This document shows, piece by piece, positions 57,038-64,000 of a stretch of 64,000 nucleotides of DNA. The notes under the pieces are model-generated. The model saw only the letters and a program-made list of their open reading frames with translations, had not been told where the DNA came from and made no database searches. The position numbers and the translations under genes were made by a program. Source of the DNA: Cyanidioschyzon merolae (lineage: Eukaryota); assembly GCA_000091205.1 (NCBI GenBank), contig AP006500.2. One strand, 5' to 3'. Within the stretch, counting starts at the first letter, position 1, and every line of letters begins with the position of its first letter.

Positions 57038-57377
57038 GAGAAAAAGCATCTGATGACAAGCACCTGGAGAAGGAACACCACTGCGTCGAAGGACTGTAGC
57101 GGACGTCGGTGCCTGCGGGCCTCGCGACGGAGCTGGAGCGCCCGTCCCGGCAGGCGGCAGCTGCGACGCGGCATCGTGTACGCCCGCCCCAGGGCATGCG
57201 TTCCGGAAAGCGTAGCCAGACGCTGACTTTCTCCAATACTAGTCGTAGTCGTAGCTGACGAGGTGCAGTGTCGACCCGTATACGCGTCCAGGTGTGGTCA
57301 TTGTTGGTGTCGCTCGTTTCTGGAAACGTTTCATTCAGTTCTACGTTGACCATAACTCGTAACGGTACCGCGGCTGC

Positions 57378-58406
57378 ATGTTCGTCAGCAGTGGGAACGC
57401 CTTCGTACCGAGTGGGAAACCCCTAACCAGAGCAGCTTCCCAAAGACGGGGCGCTCGTCACAAAAACCAGGTCTGTTGCAAGCTGCCGCTCGGTAAGAGC
57501 CGTCTATGGAACCGCTTGCTTGAATGCTTCTCACTACCGCCAGAGACGAGCTTCCGCAAAGCGGTACGCTGTCTGGGCCTCACCAACAGCCTGGTAATCA
57601 CGTGCTGGTGCTGTCTGCACGCTACCGTGGTCGCACCAGCGCTCGCTGTCAACGGTTTGGTGGACCACCCGTTAACGCAACCGCTGCGGAACAAATACTA
57701 TCTGGTTCGTGCTGGGGAGTCTATCGCAGACGCACGCGGGATGGTCGAGTCGAACCCCGTCGATAAGACCTCTATAGCAAAGTCGGGTTTGACGGCTCGT
57801 GGTGCCCAACAAGCTCGCGCTGCTGCCGAGCAACTGGTCAAGAAACTGGGCTTTTGCCAGCAGACGAGCCAGTGCTGGATCTGGCCGTCGATGACGCTGA
57901 ACGCCTATGAAACCGGTGAGATCATCGGCGACAAAGCCGCTTTGGGTCACGAACGAATTGTGCCCGAGTTTAGCTATCTCGACAAGAGGGGTCTCGGCGT
58001 GTACAATGGCAGCATTTCCAGCGACGTTATTCCGAGGCTGCATGCACAGGATCGTGCGGACGCCCAGTATCGACCACCGGCTGGCGATGACGGTACCCCG
58101 CCGGAGAGCATTTTTGACGTCTTCATTCGAGTACGGCAGCTGTTGTCGAAACTGGAAACGCAGTACGGCACCCAGGGCGCAGATGTGGTTATCGTCGCGC
58201 CCGATACCTACACCTTGAGCGTCTTAGAGTGTGTGATGAACGGTGAACCGCTCGAGCGATTCGAACAACACCTGTTCGCACCGGGCGAAGTCCATTTCGT
58301 TGCGAATCCAAAAGTGTTCCCGATACGCGACGAAACCTTACCCCACGAACGCGTGAACTGGGCCAATATCGAGAGCGTTCGGCACGGGAGCGCTTCGGGC
58401 GGCTGA
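57378..58406 (+). CDS. Histidine-phosphatase (phosphoglycerate-mutase-like) fold protein with an N-terminal extension; both catalytic His appear substituted
   Basis: The PGAM-family block order is conserved: YYLVRAGES (in place of LVRHGE), LTARGAQQARAAAEQL (LT..G..QA), IWPSMTLNAYETGEII (SPL.RA..TA), PPAGDDGTPPESIFDVFIRV (P.GES..DV..R), and VVIVAPDTYTLSVLECV (in place of VVSHG..IR). ATG verified at 57378. Confidence 0.55.
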   Translation: MFVSSGNAFVPSGKPLTRAASQRRGARHKNQVCCKLPLGKSRLWNRLLECFSLPPETSFRKAVRCLGLTNSLVITCWCCLHATVVAPALAVNGLVDHPLTQPLRNKYYLVRAGESIADARGMVESNPVDKTSIAKSGLTARGAQQARAAAEQLVKKLGFCQQTSQCWIWPSMTLNAYETGEIIGDKAALGHERIVPEFSYLDKRGLGVYNGSISSDVIPRLHAQDRADAQYRPPAGDDGTPPESIFDVFIRVRQLLSKLETQYGTQGADVVIVAPDTYTLSVLECVMNGEPLERFEQHLFAPGEVHFVANPKVFPIRDETLPHERVNWANIESVRHGSASGG

Positions 58407-58697
58407 TGGAGACACACCGCGCACCCGGCACTCGCGGCTCACGAAGCGAGCTCCCAGCGAGAGCGCGACGCTACAAGAACGCGCACTGAGCGCACCTGGG
58501 CAGCTGCGCACTCGTCACACCCGAACCGTGCTCGCTGAGCCGCTCGAGGAGTTGACACGCGAAGCAGGGCGTGCACTCGGCAATGTCTAGGGCACGCGGC
58601 TACTTTTGTTTTCCTCTTTCGCAGATGGCCCCGGGTGCGGAGCATCACCGCTGCGCGATGGCAAGCGCCCGGATGAAACGCATCCGCAACGCATGCT

Positions 58698-59960
58698 TCA
58701 GCGGTACTCGTCATGGAGACGCCACATGCGTATCGCTCCATCATGACATCCAGTGAGCAGACGAGTCGCCGAGCGGTCGAACGCAATACAAAGCACGACA
58801 GCCGGTACGCGTGCCCCGACTGAACAAGTCACGCCTGAGGTGGCCTGGGGCGCAGCACTCTGGCTCTGCCAACACCGCTGGGCAGCGTTCCACCAGTGCA
58901 GTTGCCCGTCGAGGTCGCCGCATACCAACTGGCCATCTTCACTCACGGCAGCCGTGCTGAGGGTCGGCGCTGGTCCAGGAATCTCGTCCACGAGTTGCAC
59001 AGCGGGCAGCTTCCACATTCGCGCACCGTCGGCGCTCACGGACACGAGCCGCTCAAGCTCGCTTTCTGTGAGATCAGTCTCGAGCCAGCAGCTCGACAGG
59101 CCAATGACTGGCTTCGCATGGCGTGTGCAGACACCAGCGGCGACACCCTTCACAATATCCCAGCTTCGAATCGTACAGTCGTCGCTGGCGCTTAACAGCT
59201 GCGGTTCGAGTGCTCGACCAACAAGCGAACGCACTCCGCCCCGATGACCGCCTAACTCGTGGACACTGCATTGGCCCCCGACGCGGGTATCCCACACGCG
59301 AATCATCTCGTCTGCGCTCCCCGAGAAGAGTACATGTGTCAACCGCGGATGGACTGCGAGGGCGTCCACACTCGCCCGGTGACCTACCAGACGTAGTGCA
59401 ATGCGACCGGTACGCGTATCCCATGCGAGGACGCGTTTATCAGCGGCACCACTGTACAGAAGATGTGGTGCTGACTCCGCGAAACGCAGCACTCGAACGG
59501 GTCCCAGCAGCTGCGACTCGGAGCGAAACGTATGAACAACAAGCCCACTGGCCAGATCAAAGAGTCGGATGCTTCGATCCCAGACACCGGCTGCGAAGGT
59601 GACGTTATCGCTGGCGACATCAAGCGCAACGGGCCAGCTATTTTCCACCCAGACTTGTCTGTATAAAGTCCAGGGATACCAGGTGCTTCTGGTGGCCGGT
59701 GAGAGCGCCCATGTCGCGGCTGCCTGCACCACCACACCCGGACCGGTTCGAGGGGGTTCGTGCACCCCCGCCGCCGTTGCCGGTTGTGTCGAGAGCGTCC
59801 CGCGTAGCTTCGTCAGCCAGTCGGGTACATCTGCACCTGCTTTCGGTCGCTGAGGGCGCAGGGCGCTCCTCCCGGGCTCTCCGAAGAGGCGCTGTGTGAA
59901 CACGCTGTTCCATTGGACAAGTTCTCGCAGTCGACGTTCGTTTGACGCTGCATCGCTCAT
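58698..59960 (-). CDS. WD40-repeat protein
   Basis: Multiple WD-repeat units (..LYSGAADKRVLAWDTRTG.., ..LFSGSADEMIRVWDTRVG.., ..LLSASDDCTIRSWDI..). ATG verified at 59960 (the track begins at a TTG at 59996). Confidence 0.7.
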   Translation of the reverse strand: MSDAASNERRLRELVQWNSVFTQRLFGEPGRSALRPQRPKAGADVPDWLTKLRGTLSTQPATAAGVHEPPRTGPGVVVQAAATWALSPATRSTWYPWTLYRQVWVENSWPVALDVASDNVTFAAGVWDRSIRLFDLASGLVVHTFRSESQLLGPVRVLRFAESAPHLLYSGAADKRVLAWDTRTGRIALRLVGHRASVDALAVHPRLTHVLFSGSADEMIRVWDTRVGGQCSVHELGGHRGGVRSLVGRALEPQLLSASDDCTIRSWDIVKGVAAGVCTRHAKPVIGLSSCWLETDLTESELERLVSVSADGARMWKLPAVQLVDEIPGPAPTLSTAAVSEDGQLVCGDLDGQLHWWNAAQRCWQSQSAAPQATSGVTCSVGARVPAVVLCIAFDRSATRLLTGCHDGAIRMWRLHDEYR

Positions 59961-60652
59961 CCTGAGCGCAAGGCACGTGTCCCTGCGGAGGCGCAAACGC
60001 GAGCGGCAGCGTCACTTACTGCTTCCGTGAACGACGCCAAGAACAGTACCCGGTACCATGGACGAGCGGTAACTGAGCGTCTCCAAGCTCAGAGACCCAG
60101 TGAAGAAGCGGAAGCAGTCCCGTTGGCGAAGCGGAGACGAACCGAACGCCAGTCCATCCGTAAACGAATGCATCGATACATCGATCGGTGGCAAGTCGCC
60201 CGGTATGCTCCTCGCCCTGGAATGCACACTGCGTACTCGTGCGTCTTTCTGGGCGAGACGCTCAACAGCAGCAGCGGTACAAGGCAACGAGTTCGCGATG
60301 GGTAACGTGCGCTTTCCCGGAGTCGTTAGTTACGGAAACCTTGTGACGTTCAAGTAGGTCGAGTTCGCTCCAATGTATTCGAAACTGGACACGTGCACCG
60401 TTATTCATGGATAACAAACGATGTGCCGTTCGCTTGTGCGGTTGGACAAGTTTTATGGACTGGTGCAGGACACCCCTGCTCTAACCAGGTGCGTATTCGG
60501 GTCGAGTGCGTCACAGACACACCGCCTAGACACGACCTGGTGCGGTCTATGGTGTTGTTGTTGCTGTTGTTGTTGGCCTTATTCGCTGCTGCAGATGCTG
60601 AAGCGATGTCACTGCTTCGCCTCTAGTCATTTTAGGTATCGTACTGTTTCTT

Positions 60653-60765
60653 TCACAGCGTCGTGGGTGGTGCATGGACACCACCAGCATCATCATCATC
60701 ATCATCATCATCAACGTCGTCGTCGCCGTCGTCATTATCTTCACGAATGATGTTTTCAGCGAAGA

Positions 60766-60796
<31 letters not shown>

Positions 60797-63700
60797 CGGT
60801 GCTTCACGCAGCGTCGACTGGGTGCGCGCATCTACCAAACTTGCCCCAGCGTTCAGCAGGTTGTTTCCGCTGAGCCCCAGATGATTATCAAACTGCGCGC
60901 CCATGAGCGATTGAGCGCGTCCTGTGCGCTGGGTACGCAGGTTGACCGCACTCACGTCGGTCGAGTAGAAACGCCGACGAGAGCGCTCTCGTATGGTCAA
61001 GTCCACGTCCGACAGGCGCGAAACGTGACCACTCGAAGGCGCGTGGCTCCGAGCACCAGCGCCCAAGGAGCGCGGGCTCCGGTTCCACGGCATCCCGCCG
61101 CCAGGCAAACTCTCGTGAGTGAACGTATCACCGGAATACGTCATCGGGACTGCCTCGTATTCGCGTTGGTTCGCAGCGCGGCGCGTGAGTTGCACAAACT
61201 TGGGCTCAACATCATACGCTTGTGTCGGATGCGGTGTGCGTTTGCGATGCAAGACGCCGAACCACTCCAGTTCCTGTACAATAACTTTGGGTGACGGGAA
61301 ATACATTCGATTCCAGTGATGGATCAAAAGCGGTGGTGTCTCGCAGATGATCACACACAAGATGATGATCAGCCAAAGCAGCGGCTCGCTGAATATCCGC
61401 ATCGCGTTCCAGTATAGCATTGCTGCTAGGTCCAAGTCCACGGTAAAGGTTCGTGCACAGAATGCAGGTCCTAGCCAGAACCACAAGGTTGCGCTGAAAA
61501 AGTATAAGCAGAACGAAAACAACGTCCAGCGTGCTTGATACAGCGCAAGCTGCAGATGCACGACCACAACCAGCTCAGTGAAGCAAGTCATTTCGAAAAT
61601 GCTCTTGCCCAGCATTTGCCCGCCGTTTCCTGGACCGTCCGCGCGGGCATAAAAAGTCAAGTAGAACATGACCACCGACTGACAGAGCGCTGTGAAAAAC
61701 CAATAGGCAAACACTCGCCAACGTCCGCTGGTATTGCGTTGCCCGCTGCGATAAATCTCCGGATAAAATAGCGTGTACGCGGCAGACACTTCCTGATCCA
61801 GGGTCGCCAACACGATCACCGGTATGGATGTCAGGAAAACGTTGTACATGGCGCCAAGCCAGGGATTGAAGAACTGTGCTCCGCTGAACGCCGATTTCGT
61901 TGCAAACCAGATCTCGAACGATGCCAGAGCCGCATTCTTATAGATCATATACACCACAAGCTTGCTGTTGCGTTTGTAGAACCAGCGGCCGTGCACCAGC
62001 ACAAGACGCTTCAGGAAGCGAAACTCCCCAATCGAAAAATCGCTAGCGAGTGCAGCCTCCATGCCTTCGCGTCCAGCAATACCGACCCCGACGTGCGCGA
62101 CCTGGATCATGCCGACATCGTTCGCTCCGTCCCCGATTGCTAGCGTCGTGGCATGCGGGTTGTTCTCTCGCATGCAACGCACAAGTTCCGCTTTCTGCTT
62201 CGGCGTCATGCGGCAGGCAATGACGCATCGCGCATACTCGCTGACGCGCACAAGTTTTCGCCGCAAGCTCCCCTGCAGTGCAACATCCAGTACATCACCG
62301 CCCACCACGAGCGCCTTGGCGATCGCACTGACGCCGTCGACTTCGAGCGCCCGCCAACGCGCTTCCGCACAGTCCAGTTGTGCGTCGATATCGGCAGCAT
62401 CGCCCGGACTCAACACCACGATGTCCATGTTGCGGCCGAGCAAGCCCGATGAAAGACCCACGTTGATTGCCGTCTCCTGTTTATCGCCGGTCAGCATCCA
62501 GACTTTAATACCGGCGAAATAAAGTGATCGCAGAGTGTCTGGAACATCACGCTGCAGGTAATCGATAATGGCACTCACGCCGAGCAACGTCAAGTCGCGT
62601 TCAATCTCGTCCGCCAGCGCCTCAACTTGGCTCGCACGATTTTCCATCGAAGATGACGCCTCCGTATAGCGTTTCGCCCATTCGGCGTACAGGTCTTCGT
62701 CGAGATCGCGATAACCAACGACCAAGGTCCGCAGACCAGCGAGCGCAAAACGATGCACTGCCTGCTGAATACCGGCCAGAGCCTGTTCGGCTTTCGTGTC
62801 CGTTGAACGAGCTCGCGCACACATCACCGAGTCTGCGCCTTTGGTGTACAATCGAATGCGACCGTCGGGCTTCCGAACAACAATCGACATGCGCTTACGC
62901 TCGGATGTGAATTCGAGCACGTGCAACACTGCGTAGGTCACCGGCTGTTCGTCCTCGAGCAGAATCATACTCAGCGCGTTGCGGTCGTAGAGCGTGACGC
63001 CACTGTAGTGGGCAGCAATGACCAGCGCCCGCTCATCCGGACTCGGCGCATGGTACTCGATTTGTCCAGTGGTATCGTCGCGGGACGGGGCTACCGTGTT
63101 GCAAAGCGCAAGCAATCGGAAAAACTCCAAATCGTTCTCATGATCCCGCCGACGCTGCGTAATCTCTTCGCCGTCAACGTACGCTTTGGCGAATTCCATA
63201 ATGTTTTGGGTCATCGTTCCGGTCTTGTCGGTAAAAACGTGCGTGATCTGGCCAAGCTCATCGTTGAGCGTCGAGTTCCGGCACCGGGCTCGTGTACGCG
63301 TCTCCCAGCAGTACATATGGTCGTCAACGACAATGAAAATCGACTGCAGACCTCGAACGATTTCCATGGTAACGTAGAGCGAAATCGGAACAAAGTTCGA
63401 AATCGTCAAAAAGAACGTGAAAAAGCGGAGTACGACGTTACCCACGCTGTAGCGCTCATCCAAGTACCAGGTTTGCGACGGATGCAAGTGCCGGTGTGCC
63501 CAGACGCCGTTCAAGATGGTCAGAATTAACGCAATGAAAAACTGGATGCAAATGAGAGCGAGAATGAATCTCGTGATCGTTTTCTCGATGCGACCAACTT
63601 TGTGCGCTTCCCTTTTCAGATTCATCATGAGTTTCGTCTCTTTTCCGGTATAAACGGCAATGCCGATCACCCAGTCCGTGTTGCGCAGCACAATACCCCG

Positions 63701-64000
63701 CTGCAGCAAATGGTCCCGGGAGACCGCGCACTCCACCACCTCGCCAGTCGGGAGACCTGTTTCGTCGGGCACTTCGATGCGAGCGCGGCCTTCAAACTCG
63801 TACAAGCGCGGGTTCGGAGCCTCGCAGTGGAACTCACCGATCAGTGTCCGCAACTGCTTTGGTGTGAAGAGGTCGCGATTCAGCGGAATACATGACTTGA
63901 CTTTGAGATTCGTTTCGCCATCGATTGCTCGTGTCTCCACGAAGCATGTCCCATCAGGCGTGCTGGACGACAGCGCTATGAGGTCAGCAGGCACGCCCTC
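60653..64000 (-). CDS. P4-type ATPase (phospholipid flippase, Drs2/ATP8-like); the N-terminus lies beyond the window end
   Basis: DKTGTMTQN (phosphorylation site), TGDKQETAINVG, GDGANDVGMIQVAHVGVGIAG, and a ten-TM architecture. The C-terminal tail carries Q9 and D-rich homopolymer runs. The ORF is still open at base 64000. Confidence 0.92.
60688..60797. repeat. Cluster of triplet microsatellites (CAT)n, (CGT)n and (GCT)n inside the flippase 3' coding end
   Basis: catcatcatcatcatcatcatcat..cgtcgtcgtcgccgtcgtc..gctgctgctgctgctgctgctgctg seen directly. In the flippase frame these encode the D-rich and Q9 runs. Confidence 0.9.

Noticed and set aside
57040-57120. Possible box C/D snoRNA (ctgatga C-box-like motif) immediately downstream of conserved element copy B
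   Set aside because: This was only a single C-box-like heptamer. I found no convincing D box, terminal stem or guide region, and no counterpart next to copy A.
1-64000. Interpretation of the window as a prokaryotic operon region or defence island
   Set aside because: It contains eukaryote-specific proteins (proteasome alpha-4, RPL8, Dbf4 zinc finger, HOP, P4-ATPase, ABCG, WD40) and a spliceosomal intron. Organelle-type proteins carry presequences. Genes are interleaved on both strands with kilobase-scale intergenic spacers.

Overview
This window is a eukaryotic nuclear chromosomal segment, not a prokaryotic locus. It is GC-rich (about 60%), intron-poor and moderately gene-dense, with roughly 22 protein-coding genes on both strands.

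The eukaryotic call rests on several sequence-visible signs. There are canonical cytosolic/eukaryotic proteins: 60S ribosomal protein uL2/L8, proteasome alpha-4, a Dbf4-type zinc-finger protein, Hsp70/Hsp90-organizing protein, a P4-ATPase flippase and an ABCG half-transporter. One clear spliceosomal intron carries GTAAGT…TACTAAC…TAG signals. Several organelle-targeted proteins of bacterial ancestry carry N-terminal presequences: glycine dehydrogenase P-protein, octanoyltransferase LipB, type-I DnaJ, bacterial-type ribosomal L18, MoaA/MOCS1A, a plant-type 2Fe-2S ferredoxin and a two-domain ArsA/GET3 ATPase. The plant-type ferredoxin and the duplicated ArsA point to a plastid-bearing lineage; the organism cannot be named from sequence alone.

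Repeats and mobile-element relics in the window:
- two 1,528-bp near-identical direct repeats flanking the glycine dehydrogenase gene
- decayed Tc1/mariner-like transposase relics in at least three places
- a frameshifted LINE-type reverse-transcriptase relic
- minisatellites with 60-bp and 115-bp units
- many triplet and dinucleotide microsatellites, some of them coding

The most interesting items:
- a stand-alone, intron-containing gene encoding only the N-terminal Fe-S domain of the complex I 75-kDa subunit
- a tandem pair of secreted, N-glycosylation-rich paralogues with no recognisable domain
- a 65-bp element conserved at the same upstream position of two unrelated genes
- a PGAM-fold protein that lacks both catalytic histidines

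No CRISPR array, rRNA or convincing tRNA was found. The supplied ORF track uses alternative start codons (TTG/GTG), so several starts were moved to the first in-frame ATG that I could verify in the sequence.
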